33,767 bases of DNA from Candidatus Hadarchaeota archaeon (GCA_964621445.1 CAZUNO010000027.1:1-33767); one strand, 5' to 3'; shown: positions 1 to 10,393, counted from the first letter of the stretch. Notes: generated from the sequence alone by a model not told the origin. Program-made: numbers and translations.

Positions 1-86
1 AAAAACCATACAACCCCTCCACCCCCCACCAGTTATGCAACAAAGCAGAAAAAAACATAAAAATATTACGTGATTATATCATTTAG

Positions 87-108
87 TAGATACATGTATC
101 TATAAATA
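87..108. promoter_or_regulatory. 16-bp perfect palindrome TAGATACATGTATCTA overlapping a TATA-like TATAAATA; probable operator
   Basis: Palindrome at 87-102 read directly; AT-rich context; related TAGATACAT at ~9516 and ~11777. Confidence 0.45.
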
Positions 109-213
109 ACGGGATATCGGTAAAACAAGGGCCCCAGATAATTTGGACCATATTAGAGATTATGGCATTCACATATCACTCAGCGAGACTGGTAGACAAT
201 AGACAGGCCCCTG

Positions 214-387
214 GGATTGACCTTCTCGGACCATTTGCACTACCCCAGCATGATCTCGTGTCTTGATCAACTCCCTTTTCTCTATCCTTCTTCTCCCATA
301 GATCACCAAGAGATCGAACCCGGGGGATCGCCACCTCTTCTCAAGCGCGCGCAGCTCCGGTGCCCGATCGATAAACTTCATTATCAC
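214..387 (-). pseudogene. Internally deleted copy of the archaeal ATPase at 5991-7367
   Basis: N-terminus identical to the 7367 gene, but Walker A is broken (GRRRIEKRE vs GRRRIGKTE); it joins directly to the CKWSEKVNP-coding segment (6156-6202), i.e. a ~1 kb deletion. Confidence 0.85.
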
Positions 388-562
388 GATAATAATTATT
401 ATGATAATGACTATTATAGATTTCGCTCGGCTGAGGTAATTTCACTGAGCGATCCAAGAGGTGGATTCATATCATATGCCTGCACATAACCTGGCCATCT
501 TTAACGATACGCCAATCCTACTCACAGTTCCCAATTCGTGGGGACAACGTCTATACCGAGGA

Positions 563-1494
563 TCAGAGGTTCTTCATGGCCCACATGATAGCAGGGTGTT
601 CTGGCAGTTTTTTGTGGAAGATCCCCGTGTCATCGATTGAGCCGGGCTCAAATGATTTCTGATCGTAGAATTGTCGGATTAGGGACCTCTCCTCTAGAGT
701 CAACTCATTAATAATTTCCTCTGCAAAATCTGACGCTCTGTCGATGACTTGTCGAAAATCTACATTGGCCCCGTCTCGAAGAAGATTCCGGAGATGGGAA
801 TCAATCGAAACGGAACCAAGCTTGGAGTCAACTTCAATTCTATCAACAGGTGGTCTTCCACGTGTGAGAGTGTCAATTACCAGGCATTTTCTAAATACAT
901 CCCTATCGAATGCTTCCCTAGAAATTCTGTAAACATCGTAGACATCTCCCGGGCTCGTCCTATAAAGACACGCTCCAAGTTTGTTGGCGAAGAGTTCCTC
1001 CGTCCTTGGGGTGTTAACCTGGAATCTTTCACCTTTTGCCAAGTGCACAAATTGTCCATCTTGATCCTGCTTGAGGATCGGAATTCTTCGTATGTAGCCA
1101 ACCTCTACCAGAAAACTGTCACTTCGATCCATAGAGTTCTGGTACGAGACATCGATTCGGGAAAGTGGATAACTGGGATCAATCCTCACATCTTCTTTCC
1201 TATATTCCCGGAGGTAGAGAAGTTCCTTAATTTTTTCGTCTATCTCGCTTCTTACCGCCCCCAATCCCCCTCATCGATATGCCGATAATTGAAGTCAAGA
1301 TCCACTGAAAGTCTAGGAACTTCCTCAAAGTGAATGAAGTTCAAGGCCGTGCCGCCATACAGGGAAAGTCTGTCCCTCAGGAATTTCACATAGGAGATGT
1401 CCTCCAAGAAGTCTGAAATCCTCAGCACTTTCTCCACTTCTCGAACATCAAATCCTAGCTCTATTGCCAGTCCCCTGAGATCGTATTCCATCAC
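563..1494 (-). pseudogene. abiEii: AbiEii-family nucleotidyltransferase toxin split by a frameshift (ORFs 1252-1494 and 563-1264)
   Basis: GGTAL...PRLSVDLDF motif in the 5' ORF and KLGACLYR..PGDVYD in the 3' ORF; one extra G in the G5 run at 1258-1262 would fuse them. Confidence 0.85.
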
Positions 1495-2303
1495 ACCCCC
1501 CTCAATTTGTCCTCAAAATTCTCGGGCACATATAGCCTCCATTCTTTGTTATAGGTGAAGGAATCACCCTCGGTCATGTATCGGCGGCCTCCGTCGATCT
1601 CTTCCCGCAGCTGATTAAGGATTTCGGTGTCCAGGTGTTCGTAGAACATGGAGGAATCCCTGAACAGGTCTAGAACAAATCCCACCTTTCTCCGGAGAAT
1701 TTCATTGTCGTAGTTCTCCAAAGTTTTTGGAAGCCGGTGGAAATTCAGGCCACCCAGCCTCTGGAGGCTCTTTAGACACTCCTCCCATCCTCCAGAATAC
1801 TTCACCCTATCCAGGCAATCGATGAAAGTGCGTTCCTTGCTACTAATTCTGGTCACGTTCTCAGAGTATTCCCTTTCATCGACTTCAAAGTGGGTGTTCT
1901 GGACGAAGACGGGCCTAAAATCCAACCCCCTGTGGTGGAAAGGATCGAATCTGTCTCTCTTCTTGACAGCAATCTGAACTTCATTGAAGTGCGAGTAAGC
2001 GCAACCGTAGAACTCCAATGCCGTGTGATAACCCAAATAGTATTCTTCTCTCAGCTTTGAGGCGACCAGAAACTTGTCGGGTGCGTGCTTAGTCTTGTCC
2101 TCGAGAGGGGAGAGCGCACAATACAGTCCCCTCCTAATGCGCTCAAGTTTCCCGTCCTCCAGCAGTTTCTTCACATATTTGAGGAAAATATATCGCCTAT
2201 TCTTGGGGCCGATCACTTTCTCAGCCTCGCCGATAATCTCGTCGAACGACACTACCTTTTTTGACAATAGTCTACGATAGATTTCTTCTCTCTTGTTTGT
2301 CAT
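1491..2303 (-). CDS. abiEi: AbiEi-family (type IV TA) antitoxin, wHTH + AbiEi C-terminal domain
   Basis: N-terminal wHTH (LERIRRGLY), YLGYHTALEFYG, ERTFIDCL, WRLYVP; overlaps the toxin start. Confidence 0.88.
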   Translation of the reverse strand: MTNKREEIYRRLLSKKVVSFDEIIGEAEKVIGPKNRRYIFLKYVKKLLEDGKLERIRRGLYCALSPLEDKTKHAPDKFLVASKLREEYYLGYHTALEFYGCAYSHFNEVQIAVKKRDRFDPFHHRGLDFRPVFVQNTHFEVDEREYSENVTRISSKERTFIDCLDRVKYSGGWEECLKSLQRLGGLNFHRLPKTLENYDNEILRRKVGFVLDLFRDSSMFYEHLDTEILNQLREEIDGGRRYMTEGDSFTYNKEWRLYVPENFEDKLRGV

Positions 2304-2569
2304 CTAAACCCTTTTTGAGAATTTAACGCTATAATCCGTCATATGGAAAAAGAGGTTCACTTTAATTAAAGTTACTATTATCTTCCATTAAATGGTATAT
2401 AGGTTTAAACTTACCAATTGATTGACGTACTCGTCAAACGGACTATCCCCAAGAACAGGCTTCTCCAGGACACTAATCAAACCATATCCATTCTCTTCTC
2501 GATATTTTCGCAGAAAATGTGGTTCCTGAAGGCTATCGGCCGGATACACGGTTGAAGACCCGGGGGCAT

Positions 2570-2614
2570 TCGCAATAATCTCGAAAAGTCATCATAGACC
2601 TCCCTTCTGTGCCC
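2570..2614 (-). pseudogene. 3' remnant of relE (paralog of 8879-9145)
   Basis: Encodes GHRREVYDDFSRLL, nearly identical DNA to 8879-8923. Confidence 0.75.
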
Positions 2615-2740
2615 CATCGGTCTGTCGGAAGTCGGTCTTCGGGTCCCTTGGCATCTAGAAGTTTCTTTCTAAAGCAGTGAGGTAAGTCTCACGCCGCGAC
2701 GTAAGATTTATGAGTTATCACAAAGCATGGTCATATTGGT

Positions 2741-2977
2741 ATGGAGTCGAGCAAGCTCTCATCAAAGTTCCAGCTGACCCTGCCGAAGCCGGTGAGGGAG
2801 GACCTCGGGGCCCGGGAGGGCGACCGAATCCTATTCGAGCGCGACGAGAAGGGTTTCTGGACGATACTCAGGGTCCCAAGCGATCCTGGCGAAGCCCTCC
2901 GCCACCTCGGGGAGAGGGCGGGGCTGACCGGAACCCCGGAAGAGGTGCACGGGGAGATGGAGAGTTGGGAAGGATAG
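2741..2977 (+). CDS. vapB: AbrB/MazE-family antitoxin
   Basis: SKLSSKFQLTLPKPVREDLGAREGDRILF swapped-hairpin motif; overlaps the PIN gene. Confidence 0.88.
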   Translation: MESSKLSSKFQLTLPKPVREDLGAREGDRILFERDEKGFWTILRVPSDPGEALRHLGERAGLTGTPEEVHGEMESWEG

Positions 2978-3423
2978 GCCTGGATTCTAACATCTTCCTC
3001 TGCCTGCTCCTGCCAGAGGCTTCGAAGACCGATCCCGAGAACGTGGAAAGGGCAGGAGAAGTCCTCCGATCCCTTAGCAGGGAGAATCAAGGCGTAACCT
3101 CCGCCCTTCTGCTTGCCGAGGTTGCCTGGGCCTTCCTTAGGGAGGGGAAGGGTGCCCCCGAGATTGAGGCTGCCAGGACCGTGATCACGAGCATGGAGCG
3201 ACTGGACATTCGGAGCGTAACGCCTGATCTCGCCTGGTTGGGAGGGAGGCTGCGGGGGAAGCACTACTCAAGGGAGCGATCCATCTCGTACCAGGACTCG
3301 ATCTACCTGGTGACCTCCATTGAGGCAGGCTGTGAGGTCCTGTACTCAACGGATAGACATCTTCTGGGAATCCGGGAAGGCATACGCGTGGTCGAACCCA
3401 AGGATTTCCCCGGCGGGTCCTAG
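2965..3423 (+). CDS. vapC: PIN-domain (VapC) toxin; likely TTG start at 2965
   Basis: IGLDSNIFL, LLLAEV, SYQDSIY, YSTDRHL acidic PIN motifs. Confidence 0.88.
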   Translation: MGRIGLDSNIFLCLLLPEASKTDPENVERAGEVLRSLSRENQGVTSALLLAEVAWAFLREGKGAPEIEAARTVITSMERLDIRSVTPDLAWLGGRLRGKHYSRERSISYQDSIYLVTSIEAGCEVLYSTDRHLLGIREGIRVVEPKDFPGGS

Positions 3424-3429
3424 GATGCC

Positions 3430-3600
3430 GGTTCCTGCCTCCGAGGACGGCCAACCTTCGGCTCTCGTCGATAACGTAGATGACCCTACAACTCCCCCAC
3501 CCCCCACTTGAGGCGCCCCCGCGGTTCGCCACCGAGCCTGCTCTTAGCTTTTTACTGTGGTATGAAGTTTCAAGGCCATCCATCATCCTGTTGAAGGAAT
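3430..3600 (-). pseudogene. Degenerate RelE/ParE toxin remnant
   Basis: Translates ...SYHSKKLR...WGSCRVIYVIDESRRLAVLG, matching the RelE G.YRVIY.ID....V.VL pattern. Confidence 0.55.
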
Positions 3601-3912
3601 ATCTACACACAAGCGGAGTCAATATTTCGTTAGGTGAAAGCTCAGTGAGGCCAGGGGGTTCGTAAAGGCCGTTTCTGGTGTCCATGACTACCCGGTGTCG
3701 GTTCATACGTCCCGGTCCTCAAGCTACCCGGCCTCTCCGCCTATATACCCAAGAACGCAAGAGCAAGGGGGATGAAAAAGAGAACAGATCTCTGATACGT
3801 ATTTTAGGGTAGGACATCAGGGCGACGAGACCCGAGGTCGCGTTCCACCGACTCCCTGATAGATGAAGATGGGCTCGGCTGACCCTTGTATTTCCATATG
3901 TCTTGGCCTTGA

Positions 3913-4686
3913 TCAAGAATCATTATTTCCCTGCATAAAGCTATTCTCAATGACATGAATTACCTGCTCGAACTCAGGAAGTCTAGAGTAGGTCAAGTTC
4001 TCCAGATCCTGCCAGCTCTTTCTCTTCTCCTTTGCTTTCTCCAAGATCTTTGGTGGATCGTAGGCCCGTCCATAATAGTCCAGCTTCTTTTCAACTAGCC
4101 CGTCATCGATTTCTACCCCCCTGTTGAGAAGATGATATAAATCATAGACATCTCTAGGCCTACTTCTACTGCATATAGCCCGGATTTTCTCAGCCACAAT
4201 CTCCCTCTCGCTCAAAAGAACGAGGTCGAAGCTGGGTATGTCCAGGAAATTCGGGGTGTACCTTCTAACTGTGGATCCAAAAACTGCAGCTCTCTTGTTG
4301 ACCTCTATCCTTATGAAGCTCATTGATACTCTGGTTCCCGAATACAAAGGGCCCCGTACAATGACCCTTGCACCAAATGAACTATCATCCTCGTTCCTCT
4401 GGATATTACCCACATCCATCCCGAAATTCTCAAAGTCTCTTTCTATGCTTTTCATTAGACTATCATACTCGATTTTGTCAATCGCCGTGAAATCTAAGTC
4501 CTCTGAAAACCGGTCAAGGTTATAGAGCTTGAATAAGGCCGTCTCCCCTTTCAGAACCAGTTCATCTACCGTCTCATGGTATATCGAGTGCAATACGATA
4601 TCCTGCAGGTAGAGTTTCTCCATATGGCCAACATTCCCATTAGTAAAAGTCCTGGCCAACTCTCTCAATTGGGATCTAAGCAACAT
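3913..4686 (-). CDS. abiEii: AbiEii-family nucleotidyltransferase toxin
   Basis: LVLKGETAL, RFSEDLDF, EKIRAICSRSRPRDVYDL; the GGT motif is altered to GET. Confidence 0.9.
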   Translation of the reverse strand: MLLRSQLRELARTFTNGNVGHMEKLYLQDIVLHSIYHETVDELVLKGETALFKLYNLDRFSEDLDFTAIDKIEYDSLMKSIERDFENFGMDVGNIQRNEDDSSFGARVIVRGPLYSGTRVSMSFIRIEVNKRAAVFGSTVRRYTPNFLDIPSFDLVLLSEREIVAEKIRAICSRSRPRDVYDLYHLLNRGVEIDDGLVEKKLDYYGRAYDPPKILEKAKEKRKSWQDLENLTYSRLPEFEQVIHVIENSFMQGNNDS

Positions 4687-5347
4687 CAGTATTCACCACG
4701 ATTTTCCACCGAACGTTTTTCTCTCCTTGTTGGGGCTTTGAAAGATCCAAGGGGACGTAATTTGGATCGATTAAGTCGATAAGCTTACCCATCTGCTTAC
4801 CCTCGATTTCCAGAAGGTATCCAACCCTCTTGACAACTGAATTCTTACCAAAGAACCTGCAGTACTCAATTATCCTCTCCTTGTCTATCTCTTGAATGAG
4901 GTCCACAAGCTCCTCTACTGGAACCGTCCCCTTGCTAAGACAGTCCAAGAACAGCCTCTCTCTGTCAGCGACGAAAACCTGGAAATCTTGATATAATCGC
5001 TTACGATAGCCAAAAATGCTTGTGCTAGAGTGGAACTGGATATTTTCCAGGTCTTCTCTATTTTTTCTGGTCACTAGGTGCAGGCGGCTTGGCTGTTGAG
5101 TTGTCAAATTGTAATATCTGAGTGCAGTCCAGTAGCTAAAAAAAGATGGAGTCTCGATATAGCTTGCATAGATCATAGGGTCGCGATATACAGTGTATTT
5201 TCCCCTCTCTACTCTGAAAATCTCTCCCCTATCGGTCAGCCTGTGAAGCTTCAACCTGATATATTCTCTAGTACGACCAAGAAATCTTTCCACATCATTC
5301 AATGTGAAAAGCGGTCGTTTCTGAGCCCAAGAAACGATATCGACCAT
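4676..5347 (-). CDS. abiEi: AbiEi-family antitoxin
   Basis: wHTH (FRVERGKY), SYWTALRYYNLTTQ, ERLFLDCL; overlaps abiEii. Confidence 0.88.
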   Translation of the reverse strand: MVDIVSWAQKRPLFTLNDVERFLGRTREYIRLKLHRLTDRGEIFRVERGKYTVYRDPMIYASYIETPSFFSYWTALRYYNLTTQQPSRLHLVTRKNREDLENIQFHSSTSIFGYRKRLYQDFQVFVADRERLFLDCLSKGTVPVEELVDLIQEIDKERIIEYCRFFGKNSVVKRVGYLLEIEGKQMGKLIDLIDPNYVPLDLSKPQQGEKNVRWKIVVNTDVA

Positions 5348-5513
5348 TATAGGGGGACCTTTTCTAATAAAAGTATATATAATTATCTTTTTTGATAATT
5401 ATTAACATATTAAATACCTAGTTCCGAGGAGAGTGAGCTGGCCGAACAACATCTCGATTTGTCGTCGACTAAACATCAGGATGTTCGCTGTGGAGTCGAA
5501 GATGCGGGAGCTA

Positions 5514-5591
5514 TCAGGCATCTGTTCTCTCCTTAGGGTGAGGTCTATGGGCCTCTTTGATTGCCTCCCTGGATATGTGGGTGTAGATGTG
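5514..5591 (-). pseudogene. C-terminal (catalytic Tyr) fragment of an XerC/D-like tyrosine recombinase
   Basis: HIYTHISREAIKEAHRPHPK resembles the XerD C-terminus T.IYTHV....L...H...HP. Confidence 0.6.
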
Positions 5592-5602
5592 TGCCGGCCG
5601 GG

Positions 5603-5677
5603 TTTCTCGGGGAAGGGTGAGAAGATGAAGATGTATCCCGGCACAAGAAGGATGAACGGGAGGTCCAGGGCTATCCG
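5603..5677 (-). pseudogene. Fragment of a DUF1616-like membrane protein
   Basis: RIALDLPFILLVPGYIFIFSPFPEK resembles R..LGLPF.LF.PGY....LFP. Confidence 0.4.
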
Positions 5678-5990
5678 GGGGTTCCCTCCACCTGGAGATA
5701 TATAAGGGCCACGATGGCCGCCGAGATGGCGAGGCAGACATACAGATCGATTGGACGATTATCGAATCTCGCCCTCAGTTTCCTCCCCCTATTGGTTAGG
5801 GACCAAGTTGAGTGTTCTTAGCTCTTTGCTGCCATTTCGGTTATGGATCGATGCAGAGGAAGCTGTACGTGAAGGACTCGCGGCTGCTAAGCGAAAGCTT
5901 GCAGATTTGGATATGGAGGAAGTGAAGCTCTGTCTACCCTTACCCTATCAGGGCAGGAAGGCGGGTGCGGCAGGGTTCTCCTTGCATATC

Positions 5991-7367
5991 CTACTTAAGC
6001 GATGTCTCCATCTCTTCGAGGTCCATGCAAGTAAGGTCATCCGTGCGAAAAACCTTGTTAAAAGATTTGGCGAATATTACGTATCGTTCATTTCTTTCCT
6101 CGTTTCTCCACCTCACCTCGTCTTTCTTCTCCTTTAGCCTGAAATAGAGTGCCTCGGGATTGACCTTCTCGGACCACTTGCACTCGCCCAACAGGATCTC
6201 GTTCTCGCTCTCATTGAGGGCAATTATGTCGATCTCGTGTTCCCCGTGCCACCACCGCCCTACCCTGGAGTATTTGGTGGAAAATAGGCCCTTGGGGTTT
6301 AGCTTCGAAATCAGCTCCCTGCAAACGTCCTCGAAAGTCTTGGAGCTGAATTCATCGAGAGAGGCCATTATCTCACTTGACGCCACGTCCTCTGCAGATA
6401 TCTCGATGCTCGACCTTCGTGGCTCCACGTAATGGAACCAGAATCGGAGAAAGTTGTCATCGATCTCGTACAGGGATCTTTTCGACTTCTTCCGTTCCTC
6501 CGTCACAGGTATCTCCCTCCTTAACAACCGGAGTCGCCGGAGGGTCTTCAGATAGGCGGACAGAGGCCCCCGATCAATACCGGTGTGGTTTGAGATCCTG
6601 TTTGGTTTCGTGTGCCCGTTTGCCACAGCCTCCAAAACGCTCATGTATCTGCTGGGATTCCTCAGCTCGGTTCTGAGCAGGAACTCCGGCTCCTGGAACA
6701 TGAAGGATGTCTTGTCCAGTATCACATCCCGGATGTTATCCTCCAGACTGCGACCATAGTCGAAACTGAGAAGGTACATGGGTGCTCCCCCTGTGACAGC
6801 ATACGAACGAATGGCCTCCTCAAACGGATACTTGATGGCTTGAAGCGATGTGGAGAAATCGAAGGGCTGGAGGTCGATCTGCCCCGTCCTTCTCCCGAAT
6901 AGCGGGCTCTTATGACCCATGACTTCGGATTCCATAACCCCAATGCTCGAACCGCACAATATCATGGTGGACTCGGATTCGATCTCGTCGGCTAATTCTT
7001 GTAGGTAGGAGAGGATCGATCGGTTCGATTGGACAAGGCGGGGAAACTCATCCATGGTCAGTAGTATCTTCTCTTCCTCCAGCTTCTCCTTCAAGTAGCC
7101 TACGCCGTCTCTCCAATCATGAATATCAGGCTTTCTTTCATGGAAGAAACTCGAGACCGCATCCAGCATCTTGTCTAGCTGCCGATCTTTGGCGTCCTGG
7201 GAGGAAAGGAGGTATATGTGGGGTTTGTCGCGAGAGAATTCCTTGATCAACTCCGTTTTCCCTATCCTTCTTCTCCCATAGATCACCAAGAGATCGAACC
7301 CGGGGGATCGCCACCTCTTCTCAAGCGCGCGCAGCTCCGGTGCCCGATCGATAAACTTCATTATCAC
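5991..7367 (-). CDS. Archaeal AAA+ ATPase (ATPase_2 + wHTH + DUF234 PD-(D/E)xK domain, COG1672)
   Basis: FIDR..EL, Walker A GRRRIGKT, Walker B MDEFP, DNFLRFWF, GRWW..EIDI..GECKW. Confidence 0.92.
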   Translation of the reverse strand: MIMKFIDRAPELRALEKRWRSPGFDLLVIYGRRRIGKTELIKEFSRDKPHIYLLSSQDAKDRQLDKMLDAVSSFFHERKPDIHDWRDGVGYLKEKLEEEKILLTMDEFPRLVQSNRSILSYLQELADEIESESTMILCGSSIGVMESEVMGHKSPLFGRRTGQIDLQPFDFSTSLQAIKYPFEEAIRSYAVTGGAPMYLLSFDYGRSLEDNIRDVILDKTSFMFQEPEFLLRTELRNPSRYMSVLEAVANGHTKPNRISNHTGIDRGPLSAYLKTLRRLRLLRREIPVTEERKKSKRSLYEIDDNFLRFWFHYVEPRRSSIEISAEDVASSEIMASLDEFSSKTFEDVCRELISKLNPKGLFSTKYSRVGRWWHGEHEIDIIALNESENEILLGECKWSEKVNPEALYFRLKEKKDEVRWRNEERNERYVIFAKSFNKVFRTDDLTCMDLEEMETSLK

Positions 7368-7544
7368 GATAATAATTATTATGATAATGACTATTATAGA
7401 TTTCGCTCGGCTGAGGTAATTTCACTGAGCGATCCAAGAGGTGGATTCATATCATATGCCTGCACAGAACCTGGCCATCTTGAGCGATGCACCAATCCTA
7501 CTCACAGTTCCTGATCGGTGGGGACAACGTCTATACCGAAAGGA

Positions 7545-8363
7545 TCAGAATGATTCATGGCCCACATCATAGAAGCGCCGGATTAGAGACCTCTCCTCCG
7601 CAGTCAATCCAGCAATAGTTTTCTCTGCAAAATCTGATGCTCCTTCGACAACTTCCCCAAAATCTACATTGGCCCCGTCTCGAAGAAGATTCCGGAGATG
7701 GGAATCAATCGAAACGGAACCAAGCTTGGAGTCAACTTCAATTCTATCAACAGGTGGTCTTCCACGTGTGAGAGTGTCAATTACCAGGCATTTTCTAAAT
7801 ACATCCCTATCGAATGCTTCCCTAGAAATTCTATAAACATCGTAAACATCTCCCGGGCTCGTTCTATAAAGACACGCGCCAAGTTTGTTGGCAAAAAGTT
7901 CTTCTTTTTTGGGGGTCTTAACCTGGAATTTTCTCCCTTCTGCTAAGTGCATAAAGTATCCATCTTGATCCTGCTTAAGGATGGGAGTTCTTCGTATGTA
8001 ACCAATCTCGATCATGAAACTGTCACTTCGATCCATAGAATTCTGGTATGAGACATCGATGCGGGAAAGTGGATAACTGGGATTAATCTTTACATCTTGT
8101 TTCCTGTATTCCCGGAGGTAGAGAAGTTCCTTAATTTTTTCGTCTATCTCGCTTCTTACCGCCCCCAATCCCTCTCATCGATATGCCGATAATTGAAGTC
8201 AAGGTCCACTGAAAGCCTGGGAACTTCCCCAAAGTGAATGAAGTTCAAGGCCGTGCCGCCATATAGGGAAAGCCTGCCCCTCAGAAATCTCACATATTAC
8301 TTTCTCCATATCTCGAACATCAAATCCTAGCTCTCCTGCCAGTTTACTGATATCGTATTTCAT
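7545..8363 (-). pseudogene. abiEii: Second AbiEii copy, frameshifted and deleted
   Basis: ATG at 8363 (MKYDISKLAGELGFDVR); deletion near 8297; same G5 frameshift at 8162-8166; C-terminal deletion near 7567. Confidence 0.85.
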
Positions 8364-8770
8364 TAGATCCCCCTCAAATTGGTTTCAAAGTCCTCCGGTA
8401 CATATAATTGTCATTTCCAATCATAGATGAAGGAGTCACCCTCGGTCATGTATCGGGGTTCCCCAGGGATCTCTTCCCGCAGCCGACTTAGGATCTGAGT
8501 GTCCAGGTGTTCGTAGAACATTGAAGTATCTCTTAGGAGATCCAGAACGAATCCTACTTTTCTCCGGAGAATATCCTTGTCGTAGTTCTCCAATATTTTT
8601 GGAAGTTTCTGGAAATTCAGGCCTCCTTGACTCTGAAGGCTCTTTAGACACTCCTCCCATCCTCCAGAATACTTCACCCTATCCAGGCAATCGATGAAAG
8701 TGCGTTCCTTGCTACTAATTCTGGTCACGTTCTCAGAGTATTCCTTTTCATCGACTTCAAAGTGGGTCCG
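8363..8770 (-). pseudogene. abiEi: Second AbiEi copy lacking its N-terminal half
   Basis: Matches 1491-1895; the 5' half and promoter (~1895-2432 equivalent) are deleted; TGG>TGA nonsense at 8411. Confidence 0.85.
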
Positions 8771-8878
8771 CAAACGGACTACCCCAAGAATAAGGTTCTC
8801 CAGGACACTAACCAAACCCTATCCATTCTCCTCTCTATATTTTCACAGGAAAATGTGGTTCCTGAAGGCTATCGGCAT

Positions 8879-9145
8879 TCACAATAATCTCGAAAAGTCA
8901 TCATAGACCTCCCTTCTGTGCCCGATGAATAGTATTACCACTCGATTTCTACCTCGATCTATTTCGTATATGGCACGGTAGTCTCCTATCCTCAAACGCC
9001 AAAAATTGGTATGATACAATCTCTTTCCTTTTTCCGGTACTGAGCACAGAACACGGAGTTTTTTCCTTATCCTATTCTCGGTTTGGTCTTCGGAATTCTC
9101 CAGGAATTCGTAGGCTTTGGGATGAAGTAGCACCTCGAACGCCAT
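8879..9145 (-). CDS. relE: RelE/ParE-family toxin
   Basis: FWRLRIGDYRAIYEID...VVILFIGHRREVY. Confidence 0.92.
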   Translation of the reverse strand: MAFEVLLHPKAYEFLENSEDQTENRIRKKLRVLCSVPEKGKRLYHTNFWRLRIGDYRAIYEIDRGRNRVVILFIGHRREVYDDFSRLL

Positions 9146-9150
9146 TTCAA

Positions 9151-9363
9151 CTACTCCAAAGGTAGGAGTTCTTCCGGATGCTCTCTAGCCTCCTTGCTCC
9201 GCTCAACCATCAGTCTATAGAATTCTCTCGTTTTTTCACGCTCTTCATATTGAAAAAGGACAGTCCTTATGGCATCGCTACGGCTTTTGAACTTACCACC
9301 TTCTATCCACTTATCCAGAGTCCTGATCATTTCATCGGGTACCCTTACCTGAACCTGGGTCAT
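9151..9363 (-). CDS. Ribbon-helix-helix (CopG/Arc/MetJ) antitoxin
   Basis: MTQVQVRVP...GKFKSRSDAIR; immediately upstream of relE. Confidence 0.88.
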   Translation of the reverse strand: MTQVQVRVPDEMIRTLDKWIEGGKFKSRSDAIRTVLFQYEEREKTREFYRLMVERSKEAREHPEELLPLE

Positions 9364-9371
9364 AGAATCAC

Positions 9372-9389
9372 GTAAACATATATGTTTAC
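9372..9389. promoter_or_regulatory. 18-bp perfect palindrome GTAAACATATATGTTTAC, probable RHH autorepression operator
   Basis: Lies between the minus-strand TATA (TTTATA ~9396-9401) and the ATG at 9363. Confidence 0.65.
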
Positions 9390-9568
9390 AAAGCATATAA
9401 ACCTTCCTCTTGTGGTTATAACACTGTTACATGAAAAACCGCAGTTTCGAGGGAGGCTGAACTCATAGATAATATTCGATCCAGGCTGTTAGAGGACAAT
9501 CATTGAGACCATCTTTAGATACATACTTGGTATGTCTCTCCAGTTTAGGTTGGCAATGAGGATTACTG

Positions 9569-10099
9569 TTAGTTCCCTTTCGTCTTTATTTCCCTTAATT
9601 TTTTATAGAAAATACATACCACATCTGGGCTGACCCGGAATCCTTGACTCACCATCTTCTCGAATGCCTGTGAACAACCATCTTTGGAGATGATTCCGCC
9701 CCTATACGCTTTTAAGATGAGGTATATCGTCCCCTTCCCTTCGATCCCCAGTGATTCTGCATATCGCTTTGCATCGTCATCATCACTTATGAAGAGCTCA
9801 CTTATCTCGCATGAGAGCGCCACCCCTTCCAATTCACCTTTGCCGAGACGGAAGCCTTTGCTTCTGGAATCAACCCTAGCATCTTCATCCCTTTCTTGCT
9901 CGGGTGGTCGCATGATCAGGCTTCTTCCAACTTCCCGTTTTACACTTTCAGCATCGGGATATCCCTTTTCTATGCCTTTTTCCACTACTTCCTGGTAAAC
10001 CCTTAAGGGACAGAGAACCTGGCCGTACATCCTTTTCAGGATGAATAGCAAGCCCGCCCTGGCTAGATAGATGAGTACCGTGGAGTCAACGACCGGCAA
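9569..10099 (-). CDS. PIN-domain toxin, DUF3368/COG2405 type
   Basis: VVDSTVLIYL, LGKGELEGV, FISDDDDAK, KGTIYLIL, GFRVS. Confidence 0.88.
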   Translation of the reverse strand: MPVVDSTVLIYLARAGLLFILKRMYGQVLCPLRVYQEVVEKGIEKGYPDAESVKREVGRSLIMRPPEQERDEDARVDSRSKGFRLGKGELEGVALSCEISELFISDDDDAKRYAESLGIEGKGTIYLILKAYRGGIISKDGCSQAFEKMVSQGFRVSPDVVCIFYKKLREIKTKGN

Positions 10100-10393
10100 T
10101 TAAAGCCCCTCGAGTTCTCGCCTCAATCTATCCCTATCCATTCTCAGAACCAGTCCCCTTTTCATTAGCTCCTGGTGAAACTCCATTATGGATAGCCTGG
10201 CGAGTTCCGCGGCTGCACCTTGGGATAGTCCTCCCCTTTGGTATTTCTCTATTGCCTTTTCGATTCTGTACTCCCGTAGGCCCTTGCCAGCTACGTCGCG
10301 GATTACTTCGGATTCGGTTCTCCCTTCCTCCTCAGATATCCTCTTGAGCTCGTCGACGAGTTTCTTGCTAAATCTATATGTCTTACTTTCCAT
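10100..10393 (-). CDS. UPF0175-family antitoxin (RHH + HTH)
   Basis: AIEKYQRGGLSQGAAAELARLSIMEF; abuts the DUF3368 gene. Confidence 0.88.
   Translation of the reverse strand: MESKTYRFSKKLVDELKRISEEEGRTESEVIRDVAGKGLREYRIEKAIEKYQRGGLSQGAAAELARLSIMEFHQELMKRGLVLRMDRDRLRRELEGL

Larger units (their letters stand above)
214..2614. repeat. Direct duplication, copy 1 (ATPase-AbiEii-AbiEi-RelE end)
   Basis: Colinear with 6156-8923; e.g. ~280-485 = ~7260-7465, ~757-928 = ~7660-7832, and 2570-2614 ~ 8879-8923. Confidence 0.9.
6156..8923. repeat. Direct duplication, copy 2
   Basis: Colinear with 214-2614, with different deletions. Confidence 0.9.

Noticed and set aside
2710-2964. 85-aa N-terminal extension of the VapC ORF
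   Set aside because: Alternate-frame overlap of the AbrB gene; the PIN motif starts right after the TTG at 2965
5751-5990. ORF 5751-6137 (+)
   Set aside because: Overlaps the ATPase antisense and has no family motif
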